Below, one piece after another: positions 18,273 to 27,534 of a stretch of DNA of 64,000 nt; the first letter of the stretch is position 1, and the number at the start of each line of letters is the position of its first letter. Both the position numbers and the translations under genes were made by a program. The DNA is taken from the NCBI GenBank assembly GCA_028717685.1, contig JAQUNI010000001.1, positions 335,451 to 399,450 on the forward strand, read 5' to 3'. Under the pieces are notes generated by a model. That model saw only the letters and a program-made list of their open reading frames with translations, searched no databases and was not told the origin of the DNA. The stretch is from Patescibacteria group bacterium (GTDB lineage: Bacteria; Patescibacteriota; JAQUNI01).

Positions 18273-19814
18273 TCATTTGGCGTCCATGGCACAACGAAAA
18301 CCTCTGTCATAACCGGGTCGATCAGGAGTATCTTTATCCCGCCACGCCACGCGTAATAAAAATGGTATGGCGTCGCAAGAGCCTCCTCTTATAACCTTTT
18401 CTTTACCGCCGTCCGGACCTTTCGGATTAATCCGGGGTGAATTTGCATAATAGCGGCTATCGTACCAATCGGCACACCATTCAGATACATTGCCTGCCAT
18501 ATCATACAAGCCATAGCCATTGGGAGAAAAGCTACCTACAGGCGCTGTATCTTCATAGCCATCAATTAATTTTTTACCACCAATGGATCCCACGATCTCA
18601 TATTTTATACCTCCAATACTAAAACTAGCATTACGGTCCCCAAAATTACATTGACTACCATCGGGGTTCTGATCACCCCAAGGGAACTTCTTCCCTACCA
18701 GTCTACCTCGCGCCGCTTTTTCCCATTCTGCTTCCGTAGGCAAACGTTTTCCAGCCCATTTAGCATATGCCGAGGCATCATACCAATTAACGCGTACCAT
18801 AGGTTGATTGGGCGCAGAACTATTCCAAAAATCCGGTGCCTTATGTCCAGTCGCATCTATAAACTTCTTATACTGCGCATTGGTAACTTCATAAACATCT
18901 ATGTAAAAGGCATCTAAAAAAACTTCATGTGCCGGTGTCTCTGTCTTGGCAACATCTAAAACCCCATTCCACTCCTGTTGAATCGTGTCCCTCCAGCCCG
19001 GGTCCTTAATGTCAGCAATCTTAAATTCGCTAAAATCACCATGCCCCATCTCCGACATAAACTCCTCCGCCAAAGTGTTGATATCAGAAGTATTAGTTCC
19101 CATCTGAAATTCACCAGCCGGGATTAAGACCATCGGCGCATCTTCTTTAATGACGGGCTCTTGGACTTTATCGTCCCCGTTATCTTTATTCCCATTTTCC
19201 ACTACTGGGACATCTTTCCCATTTGCCTTTGTGTCATCTCCAATTTCCTTGCCACTGGCGACGGCTTGCTCAATCTCTTTTTGCACTGAAATTACAACCT
19301 GTCTATTTCCGTAAACCAAATTCCACTCCCCTATTGGTTCAAGAGGCACAACCGTGAATAAACCTACTAATTCCGTACTTTTTGGTTTAATGACAAACGT
19401 GATCTCATTATCTGAATTCAAAAGATAATTCATTGCCGTGCCGATGGATGATTCTACAGAAGTATAGTCAAAAACAAACACTTCTTTTTGGGAATAAATT
19501 ACAGCGCCCTTCACATCATTTATAATGAACGAAGAGCCATCTATAGTGATCTCTTTGTTACCCAAATTACTGATAGAGACGAGGAACCATGCCTCATAAC
19601 ATTCTTCTCCTGCTATTTTTCCTAAAACAAAATCTGGTTTCGCTTCTGCAAGCACTATTGCCTGCACCTCTATCTCCACCTGCGGATTAGAGTCTTCGGA
19701 CACTATCGGATTCAAATTATCTCCACAACCAACCAACAACACTGCAAGAAACAAAATAACGGAAAATTTTAATCTTAACATTTCAATCACCTTTTTATCC
19801 TTTATGAACTTCAT
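18273..19814 (-). CDS. Lipoprotein with an extra N-terminal domain and an FGE-sulfatase domain
   Basis: Lipobox LLVGC; same FGE motifs as 9029-9880; true start may be the GTG near 19790. Confidence 0.92.
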   Translation of the reverse strand: MKFIKDKKVIEMLRLKFSVILFLAVLLVGCGDNLNPIVSEDSNPQVEIEVQAIVLAEAKPDFVLGKIAGEECYEAWFLVSISNLGNKEITIDGSSFIINDVKGAVIYSQKEVFVFDYTSVESSIGTAMNYLLNSDNEITFVIKPKSTELVGLFTVVPLEPIGEWNLVYGNRQVVISVQKEIEQAVASGKEIGDDTKANGKDVPVVENGNKDNGDDKVQEPVIKEDAPMVLIPAGEFQMGTNTSDINTLAEEFMSEMGHGDFSEFKIADIKDPGWRDTIQQEWNGVLDVAKTETPAHEVFLDAFYIDVYEVTNAQYKKFIDATGHKAPDFWNSSAPNQPMVRVNWYDASAYAKWAGKRLPTEAEWEKAARGRLVGKKFPWGDQNPDGSQCNFGDRNASFSIGGIKYEIVGSIGGKKLIDGYEDTAPVGSFSPNGYGLYDMAGNVSEWCADWYDSRYYANSPRINPKGPDGGKEKVIRGGSCDAIPFLLRVAWRDKDTPDRPGYDRGFRCAMDAK

Positions 19815-19908
19815 TGTTAACGATAGTATAACTAAGACAAAAAATTGTTAAAAGAGCACCTCCCTAGCAAAAACTGCTAGGTAAAATCGGTAAAATCCTG
19901 AATCTTTA

Positions 19909-20466
19909 TTAAGCTTTCATTATAGCACTTTTCATAGAATTTGTCAATGTTAAACCCTCTAAAGCTTTTTTGCGGTGGGAAATCTGGTTTTTCTCGGTTG
20001 CACTCATTTCCGCCCAAGTCTTGCGAAAGCCTTTAGGAATAAAGATGCAATCCCAGCCAAAATTATTCACTCCCCTCGGTTTCGGGCTAATACTGCCTGC
20101 AACCTTGCCTTTGCCGAAACAATATTTTTTGCCGTCATAATAACAGACAACGCATTGGGCATAAGCGCGGCGGTCTTTTAAATCCTTCAGCAAATCCGCG
20201 AATTTATTCCAGCCCATTGTCTTCTCCACCCATTTAGCCAAAGCGCCCGGAAAACCATTTAGGGCGCGGATATATAGTCCCGTGTCTTCCACCAAACAAG
20301 GCTTCTTAACCTTCTCATATGCCAGTTTTGCCTTGAAGCGCGAAATCTCATCCACCTCTACAGCTTGAATTTCGGGCAAATCCAAACTAATCTGCTTGAG
20401 CGGCATTTTAAGAATTGCTTTGGCTTCTAAAAATTTATTTCTGCTGCTAGTAACGAAGTATAGCAT
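19909..20466 (-). CDS. rdgB: RdgB/HAM1 non-canonical purine NTP pyrophosphatase
   Basis: TSSRNKF-E, EDTGL-I-ALNGFPG, FGWD-IF and KNQISHR motifs. Confidence 0.93.
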   Translation of the reverse strand: MLYFVTSSRNKFLEAKAILKMPLKQISLDLPEIQAVEVDEISRFKAKLAYEKVKKPCLVEDTGLYIRALNGFPGALAKWVEKTMGWNKFADLLKDLKDRRAYAQCVVCYYDGKKYCFGKGKVAGSISPKPRGVNNFGWDCIFIPKGFRKTWAEMSATEKNQISHRKKALEGLTLTNSMKSAIMKA

Positions 20467-20471
20467 AGTAT

Positions 20472-20598
20472 AAATTGTTCTAATTATTCTAATTGTTCTA
20501 ATTTCTAAACAAATCCTAATAACTAATATCTAAATGTCCAAAAATTGGTCATTGGTCATTATTTAGGATTTAGGTCAATTAGAGTAATTAGAAATTAT
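20472..20598. repeat. AT-rich TTCTAAT/ATTAGAA palindromic element, same family as the 16S V3 insertion core
   Basis: ctaatttctaa...ctaaatgtccaaaaattggtcattggtcatt...ggtcaattagagtaattagaaatt. Confidence 0.75.
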
Positions 20599-21285
20599 TT
20601 AATGATAATTACATTGTCTTTTTAAAACACATTTCTCGCATTTTGGTTTGGGATGGCAAAATTCCTTTATGTGTTTCACGATTAAAGCGTGGAATTCCTG
20701 ATATAATTTTACCTTATTTCCTCTTAAAGTTAAATCTTTACGGACAAAATCCTGAATTGCCGCGTAAGTCGCTTTTCCAGGAATAAGACCCAAGCGCGAA
20801 AATAATCTTTTGGTGTAAGCGTCCACTACAAAACTTGGTTTTCCCAAGGCATAAAGAAGTATGGAATCCGCTGTTTCCTCGCCAATGCCTTTTATCGCGA
20901 GAAAATATCGGCGCAATCGCTCCAAAGAATCATTCTCCTGCCAAGGCTCCTTCAAAATTTTTTTGACCAAATTTTTAATATACCCTGCTTTTTGGTTATA
21001 ATAGCCTGCCGGCTTAACGCACCTGGCAAGGCTGCGCTTGGGTGTATTTTGCAATTTATGCCAATCTAAGAGCCTTGCCCCGGATAAATTTGCTAAAGCG
21101 AGCTCTACATTTTTCCAGGCGGTGTTCTGCGTTAAAATCGCGCCGAGCATAATCTCAAGCTGGGCGCCAGATAAACCGCGTTCACTCTTCTTTCTTGTTC
21201 CGCAAGAAATAGGCCACCAATGCTGGGCGCCGTAATAACATAACAAAAGCGTATATAAATTATTTAAAGATATCTTCGTTGGCAT
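20599..21285 (-). CDS. Endonuclease III-related HhH-GPD DNA glycosylase
   Basis: GAILTQNTAWKNV, IKGIGEETADSILLY, VVDAYTKR and a C-terminal Cys cluster. Confidence 0.9.
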   Translation of the reverse strand: MPTKISLNNLYTLLLCYYGAQHWWPISCGTRKKSERGLSGAQLEIMLGAILTQNTAWKNVELALANLSGARLLDWHKLQNTPKRSLARCVKPAGYYNQKAGYIKNLVKKILKEPWQENDSLERLRRYFLAIKGIGEETADSILLYALGKPSFVVDAYTKRLFSRLGLIPGKATYAAIQDFVRKDLTLRGNKVKLYQEFHALIVKHIKEFCHPKPKCEKCVLKRQCNYH

Positions 21286-21294
21286 CTATTGCGA

Positions 21295-21448
21295 TAATTT
21301 TTAATTTCTAATTTTCAATTTTTATTCAATTTCTAATTACTTAATTTCTAAACTGGTTGCCATATTTAGAAATTTGTCACTTCTAACTGGGTTTGAAAAT
21401 TTATTCATTGAAAATTTAATAGAAATTAGAAATTGAAAATTGCAAATT
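21295..21448. repeat. AATTTTC/GAAAATT heptamer palindrome, same family as the 16S V1 insertion core
   Basis: aatttctaattttcaatttt...gtttgaaaatttattcattgaaaatt...gaaattgaaaattg. Confidence 0.75.
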
Positions 21449-22136
21449 ATTTCCTCCCCACCGTTACAAGATTCTGCCCCTTCCATCTATCCGTCTTTAT
21501 TCCATCCTTTTCATAATAATTTTCTACAACCCGCAAGCCAGCATTTTGCAAAAGCCTCCCTATTTCCCTTTTAGTAAATCCGTGGTAATATCTTTTTTCT
21601 TTATAAAGGACATCATTAAAATCCATTTTATTTTTCCCCAACACTTTCTTTAAATTATAACGCAGTCGCAGGGAACAAAACTTGGTTTGGAAAAGATTCC
21701 AATTCGTGAGCAACACTAATCCGCCAGCTTTGACTAACTTTGCCGCATTGCAAAGAGCCTCTTGCCGCAACGCGCGGCTTGGGATATGGTGCAAAACCGC
21801 AATTAACACAGCTACATCAAAAGACTGCGGAGGCAGTTTTAGGTCTAAAATATTTCCTGCCTGGAATTCTGCGCTGCCGTAATCCCTTTTTGCTTCTTGC
21901 AATAATCTTTTACTTGCATCTACGCCAAGATAACTTGCCCCTTTCTGCGAAACTAAAGGATAAAGCCTGCCGTTGCCGCAGCCCAAATCTAACACTCTAT
22001 CACCTTTTTTGATATAGTTAGCGAAAGAGATAAAAAGCGGCCAATCCCGCTGGCGCGAGGCGGAAAAATCCTGCGCCCGCTGTTCATAATAATCCTGGGT
22101 TTTTTCAATTAATTTTTGGGCGAAAACAGCATCCAT
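21447..22136 (-). CDS. Class I SAM-dependent methyltransferase (Trm9/ALKBH8-like)
   Basis: F-ASR--W, VLDLGCGNGR and IAVLHHIP motifs; divergent from Elp3. Confidence 0.85.
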   Translation of the reverse strand: MDAVFAQKLIEKTQDYYEQRAQDFSASRQRDWPLFISFANYIKKGDRVLDLGCGNGRLYPLVSQKGASYLGVDASKRLLQEAKRDYGSAEFQAGNILDLKLPPQSFDVAVLIAVLHHIPSRALRQEALCNAAKLVKAGGLVLLTNWNLFQTKFCSLRLRYNLKKVLGKNKMDFNDVLYKEKRYYHGFTKREIGRLLQNAGLRVVENYYEKDGIKTDRWKGQNLVTVGRK

Positions 22137-22139
22137 AAA

Positions 22140-22214
22140 TCATTGTTTCATTGTCCAATTGTTCCATTGCTTAAAAAATGACAACAATGAAACAATGAAG
22201 CAATAGAACAATGG
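22140..22214. repeat. CATTGTTT/AAACAATG octamer palindrome family
   Basis: cattgtttcattgtccaattgttccattg...caatgaaacaatgaagcaatagaacaatg; relatives at 36720, 42590, 47778 and 61050. Confidence 0.75.
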
Positions 22215-22223
22215 CCAATAATT

Positions 22224-23777
22224 ATGAATAAAATCAATCAATTAGCTATTGAACGCGCTATTGACGAAAAAATTAAATCAAAGGCAGAATTAAACGGTTT
22301 AAAGCGCAGAATTCTGAAAAAAACACACGGTCAATTTCCGCGCGATTTGGATTTATTGAAAACCTATCGCGCCCTTTTAAGGCAAAAAAAAATAAAAAGA
22401 AACCCAGCCTTAGAAAATTTATTAACCACCCGTGCTGTCCGCACGCTCTCCGGCATTGCCGCGATCACAGTTTTAACCAAGCCTTTTAAATGCAAGGGGC
22501 GATGTATTTACTGCCCGCAGGAAGAAGGGATGCCGAAAAGCTATCTTAAGAATGAACCGGCGGCGAGCCGCGCTTTTTTAACCGCTTTTGACCCCTCTCT
22601 GCAAGTCAAAACCCGGCTTGCTTCTCTCACTCTCACAGGGCACAATACGGAAAAAATTGAACTTATTATTTTGGGCGGCTCTTTCGCGGCTTACCCCAAA
22701 GCATACCAAAGGATTTTTATGCAAAGATGCATTGAGATGTTAAACGGACGGAAAAGCCGCAACCTTGCGCGAGCCCAAAAACAGAATGAAACTGCCTGCC
22801 ACCGCTTGGTAGGTCTTTCTATTGAGGTAAGACCAGACGAAGTCAACCTGAAAAATCTAAAGTGGTGGCGCAGCTTGGGCGTAACGCGCGTGGAAATCGG
22901 CGTCCAGACCATTCACGACGATATCCTTAAAAAATGCCGGCGCGGCCACAGCGTCAAGGCGACGGCGCTCGCCACGCGACTGCTCAAAGACTGGGGCTTT
23001 AAGGTTGTTTATCACTTAATGCCTAATCTGCCCTGCTCCACGCCCCAAAAAGATTTAAAAGTATTCCAGACTTTATTTTCCGATGCCCGTTTTCAGCCAG
23101 ACCAAATCAAAATCTATCCCGTAGTCGTTTTAAAGACCGCGCCCCTTTACAAGGTCTGGAAGGCTGGGTGTTTCCAGCCTTATTCCGCCGCCACGCTCAA
23201 CCATCTGCTCATTAAAATCAAAAAGGGCGTGCCGCCCTATGTCCGCATTATCCGTTTAATCCGCGATATTCCGAGCAACTCAATCATTGCGGGCAATAAA
23301 ATCACGAATCTGCGCCAGATTTTAAAAGAGAATAACGTGCAATGCCGTTGCATCCGCTGCCGCGAAGCCAAAAACGCGCCCTTGGGCAAAATCTATCCGC
23401 GCATACTAAAATATCCAGCCTCTTCCGGCACTGAATATTATTTAAGCTACGAAAATAAAAGTAAAACCACGCTTTACGCGCACCTCCGCCTGCGTTTTCC
23501 CTCGCTCAAATCTGCCTTCCATACTTGCGCCATTATCCGCGAGGTGCATACCTACGGTCAAGTAGCATCGCTTCAAACTCAAAATCAGTCTGCCACACAG
23601 CACCACGGTTTGGGCAAAAGGTTGATTAAAAAAGCAGAACAAATTGCGCAAAAGAATGGTTATCAAAGAATTATGGTGATCGCTGGAATTGGAGTAAGAG
23701 AATATTATCGGAGACTAGGATATAAATCAGGCAAATTTGGCTATATGGTTAAAAGCATAAAAACCCGATTCTTATAA
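22224..23777 (+). CDS. elp3: Elp3 tRNA uridine(34) acetyltransferase (radical SAM + GNAT)
   Basis: RTLSG, C-G-CIYCP, PKSY, RVEIGVQ, IREVHTYG, QHHGLGK and GVREYYRRLGY motifs. Confidence 0.93.
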   Translation: MNKINQLAIERAIDEKIKSKAELNGLKRRILKKTHGQFPRDLDLLKTYRALLRQKKIKRNPALENLLTTRAVRTLSGIAAITVLTKPFKCKGRCIYCPQEEGMPKSYLKNEPAASRAFLTAFDPSLQVKTRLASLTLTGHNTEKIELIILGGSFAAYPKAYQRIFMQRCIEMLNGRKSRNLARAQKQNETACHRLVGLSIEVRPDEVNLKNLKWWRSLGVTRVEIGVQTIHDDILKKCRRGHSVKATALATRLLKDWGFKVVYHLMPNLPCSTPQKDLKVFQTLFSDARFQPDQIKIYPVVVLKTAPLYKVWKAGCFQPYSAATLNHLLIKIKKGVPPYVRIIRLIRDIPSNSIIAGNKITNLRQILKENNVQCRCIRCREAKNAPLGKIYPRILKYPASSGTEYYLSYENKSKTTLYAHLRLRFPSLKSAFHTCAIIREVHTYGQVASLQTQNQSATQHHGLGKRLIKKAEQIAQKNGYQRIMVIAGIGVREYYRRLGYKSGKFGYMVKSIKTRFL

Positions 23778-23834
23778 CTTGTAACCTATAACTCAAGTAA
23801 TATCATCCTTGCGTTACAAGTTTCAAGTTACAAG
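23772..23834. repeat. Inverted copy of the TTGTAAC element at 1021-1103
   Basis: ttataacttgtaacctataactcaagta...ccttgcgttacaagtttcaagttacaag matches the reverse complement of 1028-1090, including much of the loop. Confidence 0.8.
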
Positions 23835-23858
23835 AATAAGGTTTCCAGATTTTAGTAG

Positions 23859-24731
23859 TTATAGATTTGACTTTTTACTTTTTAATAAGTTTATCCAATC
23901 CACCACGCCCAGCTCCTGCGCCCTCGCTGTCCTTTTGACTCCCGCGGCTTTAAGCCAAGAGGTTACCTCTTCATCCGTTAAAAGATAACCATTTTTTAAA
24001 TTATTATGGATTTGTTTTCTGGGACTCGCAAAGCCAATTTTAATTAAACGAAAAAACTCCGCTTCTTTGTTATCCATCTCCTCGGCAGTAACGCGCAAAA
24101 ACCCGCGGCGATTATACCAGTGAAGTTCGCGGGCAAGCTCGGAGTGCGGATACATCCTGATCCTTAAAATCGCTGAATCTACCTCCGGCGGAGGTGAAAA
24201 TTTATCGCGGCTTACATAATCCACAATTTCCGGGCTGCCAAAGGTCTGCACCGCGACTGTTAAAACACTCATTTTCCCAGGGCGGGCGCAAACCCGTTTC
24301 GCCACTTCCTTTTGCACCAACAAGACCATCATTTTAGGTCTTTTTTTACTGGCGGTAAATTTTCTTAAAATCTTCCCCGTGATGTAAAAAGGGATGTTGC
24401 CAATAACTTTATAATCTTTGGCAAACTTAAAATTGAAAATGGAAAACTTGATGATGTCGTCCGGAACTATTACCACGGCGCGGAAAGGCTTGAATTTGCG
24501 TTCCAACTCGCGAGCCAAATCTCTGTCTAATTCCACGGCGACAACTTTGCGCGCCCGCATCGCCAATTTTTGGGTAAGGTCGCCCTTGCCCGGACCAATT
24601 TCCAAGATGACATCGCTCCGCCGCACCTCCCCCGCGTCCACGATTTTATTTAAAATCGTCTCGTCAAACAAAAAATGCTGACCGAGTTTTGGTTTGATTG
24701 TTTTTTGTTTTCTGGAGTTAAAATTTTTCAT
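23859..24731 (-). CDS. rsmA: 16S rRNA adenine dimethyltransferase RsmA/KsgA
   Basis: LGQHFL, LEIGPGKG, GNIPFYIT, QKEVAKR and F-PPPEVDSA motifs. Confidence 0.95.
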   Translation of the reverse strand: MKNFNSRKQKTIKPKLGQHFLFDETILNKIVDAGEVRRSDVILEIGPGKGDLTQKLAMRARKVVAVELDRDLARELERKFKPFRAVVIVPDDIIKFSIFNFKFAKDYKVIGNIPFYITGKILRKFTASKKRPKMMVLLVQKEVAKRVCARPGKMSVLTVAVQTFGSPEIVDYVSRDKFSPPPEVDSAILRIRMYPHSELARELHWYNRRGFLRVTAEEMDNKEAEFFRLIKIGFASPRKQIHNNLKNGYLLTDEEVTSWLKAAGVKRTARAQELGVVDWINLLKSKKSNL

Positions 24732-25045
24732 AAAGTCAATAATGAATTGTCTATGTTCATACTAACAAAATCAGAATCAGGAAGCAATAAAACAGCTTTT
24801 TTAAATTTAAGCTGTTTTAAATGATTTTTTCATTTTTAATTTTTCATTTTACATTTGAACGTTAGCGATTGTGCCCGGGGCGGGACTCGCCCCGTCGCTA
24901 AAGCTCCTTGAAACCTTGCGGTTTCAATGCTTCCACATCGGGGAAACTACCGTTTCCCCGACCCCTTTCCCGGGTTCTCGTCCCTATTCCTTTAAACCTT
25001 GTATTTTTGAAAAAAACGAATAGACGCAAAGCGATATCTTTTTTG

Positions 25046-25129
25046 TGCCCGGGGCGGGACTCGAACCCGCAAGGTCTCGCGACCACAAGATTTTAAGTCT
25101 TGCGTGTATACCAGTTCCACCACCCGGGC
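25046..25129 (-). tRNA. tRNA-Leu(TAA)
   Basis: GCCCGGG acceptor; CAAGA-CTTAAAA-TCTTG anticodon arm; long variable arm; GGTTCGAGTCC. Confidence 0.95.
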
Positions 25130-25213
25130 GAAATAAATTAAAAATTGAAAATGAAAAATTTAAAATTGTCATCGCTTCGCGAGATCTCGTCATCAAGATC
25201 TGGCAAAGCCAGA

Positions 25214-25273
25214 CACCCACGAATCACGGTTTTGTCCCGCTATGCGGGATCTCGCGCAGCGAGACAGACCGTT
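25214..25273 (-). pseudogene. tRNA-Cys relic with a 30-nt insertion in the anticodon
   Basis: cacccacgaatcacggttttg[25235-25264]cagaccgtt; the flanks are identical to the adjacent tRNA-Cys. Confidence 0.8.
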
Positions 25274-25282
25274 AATCTTTTG

Positions 25283-25355
25283 AGGCCTAGGTGGGATTTG
25301 CACCCACGAATCACGGTTTTGCAGACCGTTGCGTTAACTACTTCGCCACTAGGCC
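25283..25355 (-). tRNA. tRNA-Cys(GCA)
   Basis: GGCCTAG acceptor; ACGGT-CTGCAAA-ACCGT anticodon arm; U discriminator. Confidence 0.93.
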
Positions 25356-25589
25356 ATATTCAACTTTCAGCAAATCCTTCTGTTGGTGAGTTTTATAGAA
25401 TTTCTCCATTTCCATTGCCTCACTACGGGTCGGAAATTCCTTATAAACTAACAACCGCCACGGACAATATGCTTTAGTTGATTTTACCTTAACGCTGTTA
25501 TGTCGTTTAAATCTAACTTTCACATTTTCCGTACTGCCTACATACAAATTATTATTTTTTAGGCTAAGTAAAAAATATACATAATACAT
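25338..25589 (-). CDS. Small GIY-YIG nuclease family protein
   Basis: MYYVYFL...LYVGST...R...HN...E motif; the stop codon lies inside the 5' end of tRNA-Cys. Confidence 0.88.
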   Translation of the reverse strand: MYYVYFLLSLKNNNLYVGSTENVKVRFKRHNSVKVKSTKAYCPWRLLVYKEFPTRSEAMEMEKFYKTHQQKDLLKVEYGLVAK

Positions 25590-25591
25590 AG

Positions 25592-25691
25592 AAATCACGG
25601 TTTTGTCCCGCTATGCGGGATCTCGTCATCAAGATCTGGCAAAGCCAGACAAAGTGAGACAGACTGTTGCCTTACTACTTGCCTACTCGCC
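25592..25691 (-). pseudogene. Divergent tRNA-Cys relic (5' two-thirds) with a nested insertion in the anticodon
   Basis: GGCGAGTAGGCAAGTAGTAAGGCAACAGTCTG[insert]CAAAACCGTGATT. Confidence 0.7.
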
Positions 25692-25850
25692 AAATAAAAA
25701 AACAAAAGATGTCTCTTAAAGACATCTCCATTTTAGCATTTATACGGTTTTGGTCAAACAATAAAAAAGGAAGCAGGCAGTAGGAATAAGGAATTATGAA
25801 TAATAAATAATTCCTTTATCTCTTTATTTCTAATTCATGATTCCTAATTC

Positions 25851-26432
25851 CTAATTCACATTTTCCAAGATCTCCACTTCCAATTTGCGCGCGCCAAAAA
25901 ATTTTGCCTTCAAATAACTGGGAAACCAGACATCAACGCGACCCCAATGTCTTCCCGCCATCCGATCCTGGACTTCAAAAACCTGATCACCAAAAATGGA
26001 TGGAATCTTAAACTTGGTGCCAAAGGGTAAAAAATTCGCCGCCGCGATCCCTTCACGCACTCTTTCGCCGGAAGCGGTAATAAAAGGCGTGGCGTCGCAT
26101 TGAGCCACAGTAGACGAATAGCCAGTAACCACAATCGGATAGATGCCGGGGCTAACGAGGGATTCTTTACTGTAAAAACGCTCTTTGATAATACTGTCTA
26201 CTGTTTTTTTGTCAAAATAAAACCTGCCTTCCACATCAATAGGCGTTAAAGGCTGATGCTTTTGCGGTCTTAGAATTTCTCCTATTCGCGCCGCGTCTCT
26301 CCCGACCCATCCTTGAACCAATCTGTCTATCTTTTGCGAAGATAAAAAAACCTTCTGGATATCCTGCTCGGGTATCCCTAAGAACAGTGTAAAAGCCAAA
26401 AAGACCAAAAGGGAAATGGCGTAATATTTCAT
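25851..26432 (-). CDS. 3D (Asp-Asp-Asp) domain protein
   Basis: TGYSST--QCDATPFITASG...AANFLPFGTK...VQDRM...VDVW. Confidence 0.88.
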   Translation of the reverse strand: MKYYAISLLVFLAFTLFLGIPEQDIQKVFLSSQKIDRLVQGWVGRDAARIGEILRPQKHQPLTPIDVEGRFYFDKKTVDSIIKERFYSKESLVSPGIYPIVVTGYSSTVAQCDATPFITASGERVREGIAAANFLPFGTKFKIPSIFGDQVFEVQDRMAGRHWGRVDVWFPSYLKAKFFGARKLEVEILENVN

Positions 26433-26599
26433 TGATTTTTAAAAATTTTTGTTTTTATTTTAGGTTGCGCCCTTATCTCTTTGAAACCTACTTTTATTTT
26501 ATCATAATTAGCATAAAAAGTCAATCCAGTTAGAAACTCGTGCGGGGCATGGTTTCTAACGGGGTCAAAAAGAAAAACCCCAACTGATTGGGGCTTTTC

Positions 26600-27133
26600 T
26601 TATAGAACTTCAATTTTTATCTGTTTTAAGCCGAACTGTATAGCTTCTCCGCGGCTCGGCATCCAGAAGTCAACGCGAGTGCTATACCGCGCGTTCATTC
26701 GGTCTTGCACCTCAAAGACCTTGTCGCCGTAAAGCTCCGGAACCTTCACTTTGGTCCCAAAAGGCAAGAAGTTAGTAGCGATAATACCATCGCGGACATG
26801 CTGACCCGACGCCGTAATAAACGGGGTGGAGTCGCACTGATCCACGGTGGAAGAATAAGCCGTGGCGGAAACAATATACGCGCCGGGCTTTGCTTCTCTC
26901 CTTGTCCGCTGTGGTGATTTAATAGAAATTATGTTTTTTGACTGATATTCGGCTAATTTTTGATCCAATTCCTCTTTGGATAAATATGTCTTATCCTCTA
27001 AAGAAATATGGGTTAACGCGCCAGACGCAGGCTCTTCCTTATTCCAATCAAAGGGACCAAAACCGGCAGTGACTAAAAAGACTGGTAAAATAATGAGTCC
27101 TTTGAGAGTAAAATTTGCTCTAATAAACCTCAT
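26600..27133 (-). CDS. 3D (Asp-Asp-Asp) domain protein, paralog of the neighbour
   Basis: TAYSSTVDQCDSTPFITASG...NFLPFGTK...VQDRM...VDFW. Confidence 0.88.
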   Translation of the reverse strand: MRFIRANFTLKGLIILPVFLVTAGFGPFDWNKEEPASGALTHISLEDKTYLSKEELDQKLAEYQSKNIISIKSPQRTRREAKPGAYIVSATAYSSTVDQCDSTPFITASGQHVRDGIIATNFLPFGTKVKVPELYGDKVFEVQDRMNARYSTRVDFWMPSRGEAIQFGLKQIKIEVL

Positions 27134-27441
27134 TGGGCTTCAATTAATGAATTAATTCCCGCCTTTAGCCGTAAAAAAGGCCTAGTAAAGCGAGATTTTA
27201 GCTAATCTTAGGCAATCCCAAGGAACCGATCCCCTAAGCGCCTAATTTCGCTAAAATAAGGTTAAATCATCCTGAATTTCTAGTTGTTTTAACTAATATA
27301 AGCCAAAACAAAAAAATCCTTGACAGATTTAAGAAAGTATTGTAGCATATCTTTTCTTAAAAGTCAAGGATCTATAACAAAAAACAGCTTCTCGATAAAG
27401 AAAGCTGTTTTCTGTTTTTTGGATATGAGCAAAAATTTTTG

Positions 27442-27513
27442 AGCGGGTGAGCGGAATTGAACCGCCTTCTCATCCTTGGCAAGGATGTATAATAACCGTT
27501 ATACGACACCCGC
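27442..27513 (-). tRNA. tRNA-Gly(GCC)
   Basis: GCGGGTG acceptor; CATCC-TTGCCAA-GGATG anticodon arm; GGTTCAATTCC. Confidence 0.95.
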
Positions 27514-27534
27514 TTCGTCGGCCTTTCGGCCTCC

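Noticed and set aside
17934-18294. ORFs 17934, 17965 and 18065, and the similarity of 17965 to ORF 8859
   Set aside because: They are repeat-derived; the similarity reflects the duplicated terminator, not a protein family.
3151-19814. Complete DGR (Avd + RT + template repeat + targets)
   Set aside because: No reverse transcriptase or template repeat was seen, and the two FGE tails differ at non-adenine synonymous positions.
24898-25477. ORFs overlapping tRNA-Leu and tRNA-Cys
   Set aside because: They are shadow frames of tRNA and repeat sequence.
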